Part shown: positions 1 to 11,976 of the stretch, in pieces
Numbering within the stretch: position 1 is the stretch's first letter
Layout of the letters: each line of letters begins with the position of its first letter
DNA from: Trichosphaerium sp. ATCC 40318
Lineage: Eukaryota; Protista; Tubulinea
NCBI GenBank assembly: GCA_038496445.1
Contig: JALMLS010000256.1
Location: 200,456 to 264,455, forward strand
Length of the DNA: 64,000 bases
Reading direction: 5' to 3'
Translations under genes and position numbers: made by a program
The notes under the pieces: generated by a model
Told to the model about the DNA's origin: nothing
Databases searched by the model: none
What the model saw: only the letters and a program-made list of their open reading frames with translations

Positions 1-1569
1 ATTTGTTTACCTTTTCCTGTATTCCAGTATCCTGACGAAACTCCGGTAAAAAGACCTGCAGAACCTGCACCTTCCTTCATTTCTAACCACGGACCTAAAA
101 CAAAACGGAAAAGTCAAACCAAATGGTAGCCATACAAAAAAACAAGAGCATACCGTTGTCAGAAGTAAACAACACAAGAGTGTTCTCTTCGATTCCTTTA
201 GCACGTATGGAAGTCATAATATTCTCGACCATCCTGAAAAAAACACGTGTCAAACATAAAAAAGTCACGATACCAATCATTATGCTTACCAGTCAACTTC
301 GTGTAATGCATCTCCGAATCTTCCTCGAGATGTTGTATTTATAAAAGGACAGCTAGCATATTGCGCAAAAGGTTGGATATCTACAGAGCGGTTTGTAAAT
401 TGCAGAGTTGTTGATGTTTCGTCATACCGTGTATAGTCACATGAACATGTGAAAAAGGGACATATAAAAAGAACGGATCGTCTGAATGTTCATCTAGAAA
501 ATCCATAGCAAACTAGAAAGGGAAGGTTAGTTCTCACGAAATAAACGATTCCCACTTTAACTAAAATGTCATGTTTTCTACACAAAATGAGTAGACTTTA
601 CCTTGTTATAATTGACGATAAGCTTGGTTAGATCCAATGGTTGTTCTCTTATGGTAGTTGTTCCTTTCATTTGTTGAACTAATGGGAGAGGAACTCCATC
701 CTAAGGAATTAATAAAAAATCAAGATAGATATTAAACCTACTGCTTCGATATTTCGTCTTTCTTCTTCACTAGTGATAGATGCGATTTCATGCTCTCCAT
801 TTAATGTAAAATAGTTGTCCTTTGTATCATTGCAAGAAGATTCTCGGGCTATTGTTCCCATATCAACTGAATAAGGGATACCAAGATAGTAATCTTAAAA
901 AAGGAAAACAGTCAACGACACAAGAGTAACGTACAAAAATATCATTACCGAATCCTCTGTTGCCTGGGAGGTATATATCACGCTGACCTAAATGCCACTT
1001 TCCAATAGCTCCAGTTGTATAATTGGCTGTCTTAAGATACGAAGCGATTGTAGTTTCGTTCAAAGGTAAACCGCCTTTGGCTGCAGGTCCAATTACTCCA
1101 GGCATTCCAGTACGCCCAACATATCTTCCAGTGAGAAGACTTGTTCTTGAAGCAGTACATACAGGATATGCAGAGTACCTAAACGTCATAAGTAAAAATA
1201 ATCACGTGTTCCAAATCAAAAACCAGAAAAGTAAGAAGAATTTTTTACCAGTTTGTTAGTTTTTTTCCTTGTTGACATAGGCTATCAATAAACGGTGTTT
1301 TAGTGGTTGGGTGACCCTACAAAAGTTTAATGGTTACTAAAGAAGGCCAATACGCTAATTTTTGTACCGTGAAACCCAAGTCTCCGTATCCTAGGTCGTC
1401 CTTAAAGAAGTTTTAGCGTTTTTGATAAAAACAGTGTCAAAAAGCCCAGTATATGTATACAAGCGCTTACCACAAAGAAAACAATGAAATTAGGTTTATC
1501 AGTAGCGCTACGAAGAGCATACGCAAAAATAGATACAACAGACAGTAATAGCAGCGCTTTTATCATCAT
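1..1569 (-). CDS. Secreted arylsulfatase (sulfatase family), multi-exon, 3' end runs off the window
   Basis: Signal peptide MMIKALLLLSVV; KPNFIVFFV|DDLGYGDLG; YSAYPVCTASRTSLLTGRY; GKWHLG; ENTLVLFTSDNG; GT-AG introns. Confidence 0.93.
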
Positions 1570-2256
1570 TGTCCCAGAAGACACGTGTGCCAAGTCACGT
1601 GGTGAAAAACTAATAATTTTTCTGACCAAACTTATTCTGGACCTGATTGCTTGGTTGTGCTTTGAACTGCACGAACCTGAAGTGGCGAACCTTTTGCTAT
1701 CGACTATCATGTGTACTCATCAAGAAATAACCACTTGATCAACACTAGGTTACATACATGGAGCAAACCTTTTTCAGAAACACATACGCTGTATGTTGAT
1801 GGCAAATGCCAGTTACTAAAGGTGTACAACAAGCAACAAAAAGCAACGCTACATTGACGGAATGTTAAAGGACGACTATGTTTAAAAGTTTGGGTATCTC
1901 ACTCGACCTTGTATTATGTACTTAGCTTTCACTGCATTGTTTTCGATGGTATGTGCACAGGTCACACTCCGTGAGCTCACTGTTCAGAGGAACTACTAAC
2001 CACTAATTGAGAGTTTAATTACAACGCAAATATTACAGTCGACATAAAACTGCAAGTGTTTCTCACTACAAAAGCAATTATGTGAGTTTTCTATGATAAA
2101 TCAGTTGACTTTAGTTCGATTGCATATATTGTAAGATTCCAACAAGCCTTTTGATCATGTTATCTAAAGTGGTACAAGTATAGAAAAGGAAAGTCCGTAA
2201 AATGAGGAACTCTAAGAAAGGATATAACTAGGAATGTATCATTACAATCAAAAAAG

Positions 2257-3624
2257 ATGAACAAAGCAACAGATCAAGAAATGGCGTTTCTACAAAGTAT
2301 TAGTGTAGGAGACCTAATAAGCGAAAAACAAAAGTTACACTTTTGCTACACAGGTAGGCGCTCATCGACATTAACTTTTTGTGGTTTTTTTTCCTTTTTT
2401 TTTTTAATGATTTTTTCGGCAGATACGCCAGCTGGTGATGTTTTACAGTTATTTAAAGATAAGAATATACTATCTTGCCCAGTTTTGGATGCACAAGCCA
2501 ACTATTGGAAAGGTTCGTTTTTGTTTCAATCAAACAAAAAGATTTTTATCTAGTCACGTTCTTCTGTTTGTTTTGTTACACTAAGGCTCTTAGTAGCTTT
2601 AAGCTGTTCATTTTTTCTTACCCTAAAGCTAGGTATGCTTCATTTAAGTGACATTCTTGGTCATGTGGCGTTTGATGAGGTAAGAAGAGATAGATATTTC
2701 CAAGCGAAAATAATTTTTGCTTTAGTGGTCTCCTACGTTTGCCTTCACAACACAAAACCCAAAATATAGTGGCCTAAAAACGCCTGCGTCAATGCTGATA
2801 GGTATTTTGTTCTGTAAATTAACCTATTTTCTCCTATTTTCTAAGACAATGACAGGACGTTCCAAAGAAGGTCATTTGCTTCATCTTTATGAGCCATCAA
2901 CACCACTCACAGCTATCATCAACGTACCCTATTAAATTTTCTGCTATACACATACTTACGTTGTACTAGGTAATGGCATCTGGTGTACATAGGATACTAG
3001 TCCATACAAATGACAACAAAAGTGAACATACCATTCGAATGTTCACACAATCAGATGTCATTATGTTCTTGCTTAAGAACACTCAAGTCTTCCAGAAAAC
3101 GTTCTCAAAACCTATTGCCGCTTTCAAGACTGGTACATACCATAAATATCGTACGTGACTACCAAAAAAAAAGCACATAAAACGCTCTAATGAAACCTTT
3201 AGTTGTGAAGATCAAAACTTCTGATACGGCCTTGTATGGGTTCCAAGCGATGTTTGCACGAGGTCTTCAAGCAGTAGCTATAGAAGATGATACAGGAGAA
3301 CTAGTTGGAACTCTTTCTGCGTCTGACTTGAGAGGCACTACTGAGATTAATCTTTACGATTTAAAGCTTCCTGTGATGAAGTATCTTGATGTTAGACAAA
3401 CAAGTATATCTCCTGTATTTGGTGCTGTTTCACCAAGGGAAGTTCTGGGAAAAGTCCTAGAAAGTGTTTGCAAGCATGGATTACATAGGTACGAAGATGC
3501 AATGCGAACAAAGCTGTATGTAAGAAAATACTGACTTTAAAAAATTAGGATGTGGGTTGTCAATGCTTTTGGTGTTGTAGAAGGTGTTATTACTCTTACA
3601 GACATATTGAATTGCTTTGCATGA
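2257..3624 (+). CDS. Multi-CBS-domain protein (AMPK-gamma/SDS23-like), multi-exon
   Basis: CBS-type segments NILSCPVLD, GVHRILV, GELVGTLSASDLRG, HR|MWVVNAFGVVEGVITLTDIL. Confidence 0.85.
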
Positions 3625-4036
3625 GCGTTGTACTTGAGAATAGAAATAAAATCTCGAATAGAAGTCATATTCCAATGTTTAACAGTTGTAACATATACTG
3701 TACACAAGTTAATTCTTCTTTTTTTCACAATGACGGAAGGTAATATAAAACGTAAGTCAGTTGCATAAGCTTCCTTTATTTCACTTTCACGACCTTGTCA
3801 CGTTTATAAGCTATTGTCATAGCCGTATACACCCTCATCAAGGTCGTGCATGATCTCTGTGCAGATTGTAGTGTCAGTTTTGGAAAACTTGACCTTGACT
3901 ATGTGGAAACGGTTGGACTGAAACTGGTACGTTTCCACATAGTCAAGGTCAAGCTTTCCAAAACTGCAACATTTCCATTTTTGTAACAAACATCTTTACA
4001 GAATAAATTAATGCTCATTCGCAAGTTACTTTAAAA

Positions 4037-5865
4037 AGTAAAGGAAATAGTTTTATTTACTTCAAATTTATAGTAGGGAACTCATGGACCAATAGCTTTA
4101 ACTGTTATTGATGCTGCCCCCAGCCTGTAATACATTCTACTGTAAAATCATTGCAATTAAATATGTAGACAGTATGAACATACTCTAATGCTTCTATACC
4201 CTCACGTGTAACATTGTTACCAACATGAATTGTATGAACACGTTTGAGTGCTTTGACTCCTTCATTTGTCACATCACAAAGCGTAATGTCAATCTCATGT
4301 ACTCCAGCAAGCGCTTTGATACCAATGTCAGTTACATTAGTGTAGGCCAGCTTAATTGTATGAACCCCTCTAAGTGCTATAATGCCTTCATCCGTCACTT
4401 GAGGACAGTTTGCAAGGTCTATATAATGAACTCCAGCAAGAGCTTTAATGCCTTCGTCTGTAACCTGATCGGAGCCTCTAAGAGTTATTGTATGCACTCC
4501 TGCAAGTGCTTTGATACCTATGTCTGTAACCTTAATGCAATCCTCAAGGTCAATTGTATGAACACCTGCAAGTACTTTTATACCTTCGTCTGTCACATGC
4601 TTACAACCCTCAAGGTCAATTGTATGAACCCCTGCAAGTGCTCTAATGCCTTCATCTGTAACATCAGAATAAGATAGATGAATAGTATGAACTCCTCCCA
4701 AAGCTGTAACACAATCATCTGCATTTTTCAATTGAGAAAGGTTAATTGTATGAACACCTGCAAGTGCTTTAATGCCTTCATCCGTCACCCAGTTACAAGC
4801 TTTAAGTGAAATGGTATGGACACCTTTGAGCGCTTTGACACCTTCATCTGTTATGTTATGACAATAACTAATATCAATGAAGCTAATTTGACAAGCACTT
4901 GCTAGTGCTTTCAGATCATTGTCATTAATGTGTACTTCTTCTATTTTTGGCTTTTTGATTTTGCGACATCCAGCTAATAATGAAAATATTGTGGCATCGT
5001 TGGTGTCTACTAGTTGAACAATACTATTATTCATCACACCATTGTACTGTCTTATCTTTAAGATATCCAGATATCGCTTGAGATAAACTCTTTTGTATCC
5101 AACAACATCATGAATGACATCAGCCATAAGACGACATGATTGAGCAACAGAAAACCTATCCTTATGGCCTGTGTACTCTAGAATACTCGAAATAACTTCA
5201 GGAGGGAAAGATATGATGTTTGATTCGTTGTGAAGTGATTTCAATTGGTCACTTTTGAAGGCAAAAAGTCAGATCAAAAGTATTATCAAGGCTTTTCAGG
5301 TTTTTTTTCAACGTACGTTTCTTGTTGTCTTCGTTTATGAGATACATACTTGCTTGACTGTATGCGGTCGTTAATTATTGTATTTGCTATTGTATCCACG
5401 TGTTCTTTGAGAAGTTCATCAAGTTGTTTTATGAGGCTTCCATTTACAATGTTAACAATGTCCTTGACTTGTTTTATGAATGGTTCGTGCTGGTTTTCTT
5501 TTATTTTGCCGTAAGCTTCCGTATGGTACTCGTGAAAGTAACTCAGAGCCTGGGATACTGTTAAACCGGAGAAATTCATTATTTGAAGGAGTGTGGAGAT
5601 ATTTTTTAAGTGGATTGAATGATTCCTCAAAACCTCCGACTGACATTGACTGGTCGCGTTCGTTTTTATACTGTCCAACTACTCATAGAAACCATATAAA
5701 AAACAAGGCTACACGGCTTTATTTCTTTGAGTACTTCAACGTTCAACAAGTGCCTAAAACAATAAAAAACAAAAATCAACAAAATTGTAGTCTTCACGGC
5801 ATTATGTCTCAAGGTACGCTAGAACTGAATTCTGAATGACTTAAACAATTGTAAATTAACCCTTC
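4037..5865 (-). repeat. Cassette C copy 1 (F-box-LRR gene plus upstream region)
   Basis: Near-identical inverted copy at ~17738-19200; more diverged direct copy at ~43160-44450. Confidence 0.92.
4105..5579 (-). CDS. N-terminal helical domain + F-box + LRR protein, two exons (intron 5252-5316)
   Basis: Exon 1 MNFSGL...QQE; GTACGT donor and CTGAC...AAG acceptor join in frame to F-box FPPEVISSILEY; about 11 LRRs of type VTDEGIKALAGVHTIDL; the intron sits at the same position in copy 3. Confidence 0.88.
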
Positions 5866-5879
5866 AACAAAACAGAAAT

Positions 5880-6790
5880 GGTATACAAACGTACAAATCA
5901 TGTAACCTTCAGGTCCAAGTTTTTTTGTACATGCTGTTTATTAACCGAGCTATCTTTAATGGAAGTGCTCGTTCTTTCCACTATAAACGGATATATGTAT
6001 CTAGAACTGTAATGACTATGGGTTATTATATCTTTAACCAAGACATTTGAATGATACAAAAAATGGTGAGTATAAATTTGCTTGCTATTGTTTTTTACCA
6101 TTGACACACATGTAATGATTCTTAACTTTACTATCTTCATACCATGAAGTGTAATCTCCTTCGAGTAAATCATTTACATAAGACTGCATTTGACCATTTT
6201 TATACCACATCATGTACTCTCCTTCTCGCTTTCCATTGACGTAGTGTGAATGAACAAATATTTGACCACTAATATACCAAAACTTACAGTCTCCTTCACA
6301 TTAACATAAAAATACTTTGACTTAAATCCACCACCTTTGTACCATTCATTGTACTCTCCTTGATATTCCTCATTTTTAACAAAATTACATTGTAGCTTTA
6401 ATTGACAATTTGAATGCCATTTTCATAACTTTCCTATATTTTTCCCATCTGTATAAGTACACTCCTTCTTCAAATTACCATTTTCATGCCACTCTTTTGT
6501 ACTTTCCTTCATACTCCCCATTGATAAAATAACAAACCTGCTTTAATTGCCATCGTTGTACCACAATTTAAACTCTCCATTACCTTTACCCTTATCCCAT
6601 ATGCTGTGTTCGACTAATTGACTATGGAAAAGCCAACGCTTATTTTAAGCCACTTGCCATGTTTTTTCAAGTCATAAGCAAATCTTGTTAGCTGTTTGTT
6701 TTGACAAAGAGGCTTTTAAGTATATTTCAAAGTCTAGATCAATTATATCATACTGTAGTTCTACTGGAAGGCATAATAGATGACACGTAT
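5880..6790 (-). pseudogene. F-box + MORN-variant (YwqK-like) repeat pseudogene
   Basis: LLCLPVELQYDIIDLD, NGEFKLWYNDGN, KEWHENGNLK and GEYNEWYKGG are interrupted by several stops and frameshifts; paralog of 16819-17660. Confidence 0.85.
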
Positions 6791-7259
6791 CTGATTTTAA
6801 AGTATTTATCTACTATTCGTTAGGTACTCTTTTAAGTACACTACTATACCTTTGGTTCCATTTGTGGGCGTAAATAACGAAGCTAGAGCGGATTAGCAGT
6901 CACGTGTTTTATTCCCTCAGCAGGTGAAAACTCGCACAAAATTGACTTTCTGAAATGCTTTGGCAGCTACTCGTGGACAGTTGTTGCAGTGAGTTTATTG
7001 AACGCACGTATTTTGATCTATTATCCTAAAATATCGTGAATGATAGAAGCAAGGTAGTGGCATGCTGTAAATCTTGCTTTAGTGTATGAAGTAACATGGG
7101 TTAAAATCTGTTGGAAGGTCATGCCTTTTCCCACTAGTGGTTAGGTTTATACTAATGCCAGTGCCTTAGGTATTTGGTGTTTAAGCCCTTTTGAAACAGT
7201 GAGCAAGGCTTTAATACTTGAGTATTAAAGGCAGAAAATTACGGTATTTTCTGTTGAAT

Positions 7260-8600
7260 GATCGTTTTTTTTTTTGATTGATTTGATAAAAGCCACTTAT
7301 TACCCAAGTCTAGACTTAACATCTTTATTTTATTTTATACAGTACACATACGTTGAGTTTACTTTGGAATACACATATGAGTGTTTCTTCATATACAACA
7401 GTACCTCTCAGTTTTCGTTTTTCGGCAACAGATCACATGAAAAACGCTTTAACTTCTCGCCAACAACCTCCACAACTCAATACGGAGTCAAATAATATAT
7501 TAGATAGGCAAACTCTGCACAGAAGTACGTTTCATTTAAACTACATATGAACGTAGTAGAATTCTAAACTGACTTTTTGTTAAGACGAGCCTTTTCATGA
7601 TACTGAGTACATGGTGAACGCAGATCAATCTCTTCAAGAACAACAAGAAGACTTTAAAGAGATGAAAGACTATGTCGGAAATAGACAGAAGTTGTATGGA
7701 GAAGCTATAAAGCCGGCACTCAAAACTAGTACTCCTCAAGTGACGTGCGTGAAAAAATATTTAAAAAAAAAACGCTTTAAAAAAACCGTTTAACTCTTTT
7801 TTTTGGCTAACCTTTTGCCTAGAAACAATAGAACGTGGTTTGAGTTCTTTACGGTATCTATTAGGGGTAATACTGTACCTGGTACTTTCAAATCTTATGA
7901 TCCCAAAAGCGAAAAAAGAACTTGTAAGTACCCTACTTTTTTACTTTGTTTTTATTTTGAAAGTTCAACTACACTTCATTGTTCTGATTATTATTTGTTG
8001 CTTTAGATTTACGTAAAAAGAGAAAGGTCAGTTTCAGAAAACGTGAGGCCTCTTTCATTAAGCGTAGAAAAACGGATAGTTCCTCAAAGGTTGATTCTTC
8101 CCCTGAAACTCCTAAACAGAGCGAACTTCATTTTGTCAATCAGAGCCAGGCCTCTCTTGAGGTATCTGAACAACAGAAGAATGATAAACAGAATAGTGAC
8201 GCTCTAGTGACAAATTCGTCTCCTTATTCCGATACTCTTACCGATTCTTGTCCTATTGCGCATCGTGAAACGTGTAAAACTGACAACAGAGTGAATCCTC
8301 CCTCTGATCAGGCTTCTCCTCTTGCTATGCCTGAACACGAAGATCAGTATCAAGAAAGCGCTCCTGTTGAAGACCGCAACGATGATGCAGGACCTACACC
8401 AATGGACCTAGAATGGCCTTCTTTGCCGGTTGATCCTTCCACGCCTCCACTATTACGAACAGATAGTCAAGAGATGTTCAATATACTCAGGCTTTCTCAA
8501 CACACGGATATTTTAACAGCTTGTGACAGTCCTCCTGGGTACCTAACGTTTTCTCAGTTTATGAGGAATGTCTAGAAAATCCGTCCTATAAGTTCATAAG
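7260..8600 (+). repeat. Cassette B copy 1
   Basis: Inverted diverged copy at ~41250-42612. Confidence 0.9.
7377..8575 (+). CDS. Orphan 4-exon protein with basic NLS-like block and acidic C-terminus
   Basis: Exons conserved in copy 2 with in-frame indels; RTWFEFF...PGTFKSYDPK; YLRKKRKVSFRKREASFIKRRK; probable 1-nt frameshift near 8560. Confidence 0.7.
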
Positions 8601-9195
8601 ACTCCAATGTGCAAAAAGCCTATACTTGTAATCGAAATAAACCTTACTTTTGAAAAATAGAGGAAAAGCAATTCACTAAGTAGTTACAAAGTATTCCCTT
8701 TGAACCTTCTCCTGCTAGCACCCGTTACACTAATAATGTGCTTGTGTATGGTTTAGGTTGTAAGGTATGCACGTGACAAACTAAAAATCAATAATCGTTT
8801 TGTGATCAACAAGACGGACAATTCCTATGTCCATGCATGTTGAAATTGTTAATTATCAAAATCTTGCCTTTGGGTTTGACCCAAAATAACACTACTAAGC
8901 CTGATTCACTTATTCTGAAACCCGTAAATGCCATAGTACTAATACAATTTTGGGGTTTACAACTACGAGATTCGGGTTTTGGGTTTGTGAATATTCGCTG
9001 ATCCGCGTCCCAAAATGGAATACTCGCTTCCCAACCCCTCCGTACACAGAAGTGTTGAAGAAGATTGTACAAGAAGGTTTATTTCTAACCCGTTAAAAGA
9101 AGTAGTCGCTTTCTTTTTGGAACTTTTCTGTGCAATGCCCGAAAATAGCCTCTGCTTAACCAAGACGTAATATAATACGACAAACAACACAAGCA

Positions 9196-11701
9196 ATGGC
9201 TGAAGCAAACTATACCGATACTGATAACCCTTATGATGAGAGTAGTGAAGATATCGCCACACCTCGATGTCCCAAGGCTGGTATTGTCGTATCTGGCGTG
9301 AATACAGTCTCAGAAAGCGTTTCATTTACTATTAGTGCTAGTGGAAGAGTAAGTTTGTTAATCTTAACTATTCCTCACTAACTGTTTACAAGACGCATAC
9401 AATTGAGCATAAAAAGGCGTCACTGTATCGTTTACACAAATGGGTACTAAAAAGCGTCTATTGCTTCTAAAATCCATCTAACTGTATTATAGATACACGC
9501 AACGTTCCCTAATGCGTCTCTATCATCATTTCCGTATACCTTAGAGCTTACACAAGAATGGATAGACTCAATTGTAAATGATAAGATTATTTCGAATTGT
9601 TTTGAAATTAGAACTTTTTTCGAATTTTACAAGTACGTCTTTTCTTTGTAGTCACGTGGTTTATTGAAGTTACTTTTTTAATAGAATAGAGTCTGTAGTA
9701 CCACGAAAAAATGGTGTACTTCATGTACATTTACTGAGAGTGTCAAAATTGCCAAAAGAAATGAACAGTACGCATGTTCTGTTTTTTCTTTTTAAATCGA
9801 AGAGTCATGTAGCTCACTTTCTTTGTAGAACTGCATTGTGAGCTTGAACAAATAGAACCTATTAACCCAAAAGAAGTTGATGTATGTTATAATAACGTTA
9901 TATCATGTCATACTGATTGATATTAGGACGCTTTTGGATTCATACCAAACAAAGTAAAGATTTTTACGAAAAAAACTGAAAGTGCAACAAACAGCCCAGA
10001 TTTCTTTACTAGTTTCAAGTTTGATATTGTCAATAGTGCAGTACCTGTAAGATAACTTCCTGAATTTAGGTTTCTTAATACTTTTAGATTCGATTGACAG
10101 TGTACTCAGGAAAGCAATCTTTGGGAAGCACAACACTTTGTGCAAACAATGCAATAAACAAATTAAAAAACTTCAAACTTCCTCTAAAGGTATACCTACA
10201 CAACGCCTAATATACGATATATTGGCGATACTTTGGTTTATTAACATGTTCAATAGGGTCATGGACCTCATGAGATTAGTGGTAGAGTTCAATTTAAACT
10301 CAAATTCTATCCAAACAATTCAATCAAAAAAAGCAGTTGTGACACATTAGAGCCAGTTGTTATGGCTCCTTCTAAGAAAGTTTACTATCCTGGACAACTG
10401 ATTAAAGGAAAAGTAACATTTAACCTTAATGAAGAGCACTTTAGAAAGATTAACAGAGTAATGATAGCTGTAAAAGGTACACAACCAAACAATTTAGCAT
10501 GTATTGACACTATCACTGGTTAGGTATGCAAATTGCAACTTCTAAAGAGAACCCATCGAAGTATGGTAACGGCAGAAGCATAGCCGAACATACGTCAACT
10601 AAGTAAGTGAATGTAAAATGCTTGATCAGTAAAGAAAACTGAGAAACTTATATCATTTTAGAAAAACATATACATTTATTTATGAAGCAGTACGAGCTTT
10701 TGACAATGCACAAAAAGTGTTAAAGGTATGAACCTCCCTTGTAGCTAGTTTTTAGAAACTATATAACTTGTAGTCTTCGTTTTTGCGGCTTATTGTGTAT
10801 AGGCTGGGTTTACAACAATACAATTTAATAGCGGATATCATATCCCGATTAATGCACCTCCTACTTCTGTAGTTCATGGTGTAAGAACGTATGAGAATAA
10901 AACCAAATATTTCATAGAAGTAAAGTGTTTTGACAGCAAAGAAAAGGAATGTGGCGTCTGTAAGTACCAATGTTGGAACTGTTTCTTTTCCTAACTTTTT
11001 CGTTCAGACTAACTTTTTTCTTTAAGACTCACAAGACTTTACTGTTCTTGCACCTACACCAAGAGATGAATTATTCCAAGATGCCACTTTCAGTAAGACT
11101 TGTGATAAAGGAAAAGTACTATTACATATTTCACAGCAATATATGACACCAGGGCAAACAATACAAGTAACAGTTGTAAGTCTTAGTTTATTAGTGAGTT
11201 TTCCTTCTTTTTTCTTATCTTGGTGTTTGTAGACAGCACCTCTGTTACTGAAATTGAAAGAACAATTCACCTGTAAGCTTAAGTGTTATAAGGGTGTGAA
11301 CGGAAAAAATATAAAGCAGGTTATTGGTTCTAAGAGAAGAATAGAAACAATGGATACAATTGAAATGAAATGGGAAGCAGCAAAAGAACACAACAAAGTG
11401 TACGTATTTTATCATGCTTTTCTTCACAATCTTACATTTGTTTCTTCCTCTAGTATGTCTGTATGCTTCCCTATCACGTTAAAAAATGGCAATGCTATGA
11501 TGAGTCATGGTGGTAACTTATCACCACTATGCAGTGTCTATTACATTGTAGAACTATCCATCCCAACAAAATCTGGGTACGTTTTTTAGCTATTGCCAAT
11601 TCTTCCTTCAACTTACTCTCGTATTCAGGAAGATAGAGTTCTCAGCGCCTGTAGAAGTATGTAATCCTTCATTTAAAACAGTGAAGAAAAACCACTCATG
11701 A
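9196..11701 (+). CDS. Arrestin-domain-containing protein with N-terminal extension, multi-exon
   Basis: KKVYYPGQLIKGKVTFNL...RVMIAVKG (arrestin_N); ISQQYMTPGQTIQVTV and SPLCSVYYIVEL (arrestin_C). Confidence 0.75.
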
Positions 11702-11976
11702 ATGCAGTCAAGACAACAAATACAAAATGTATACCACATGCGACACAGGCGAAATAAACACCAATAAATTATTTATACGTAAACCACCTCCACTCACAAG
11801 TCAACATAGCCAATGTATAAGAACCCACCCAAATTTACACATAACGGATTTTCAAAATCAATTGAAGAAGAGGCACTAGCGAGAAGCTAAAAAAATTTTG
11901 TGCGAGAACTACGAAAATTTTCAGAATAAGTCATACTTTTTTATTCAAAACAAACCAATGGTTTGTTAGAATTTTA

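Noticed and set aside
3804-3989. 61-aa ORF next to cassette C
   Set aside because: Non-ATG start and no recognisable motif; possibly a relic but unsupported
5480-5839. 119-aa ORF (and 17829-18143)
   Set aside because: Antisense to exon 1 of the F-box-LRR gene; its 3' part is not conserved between copies
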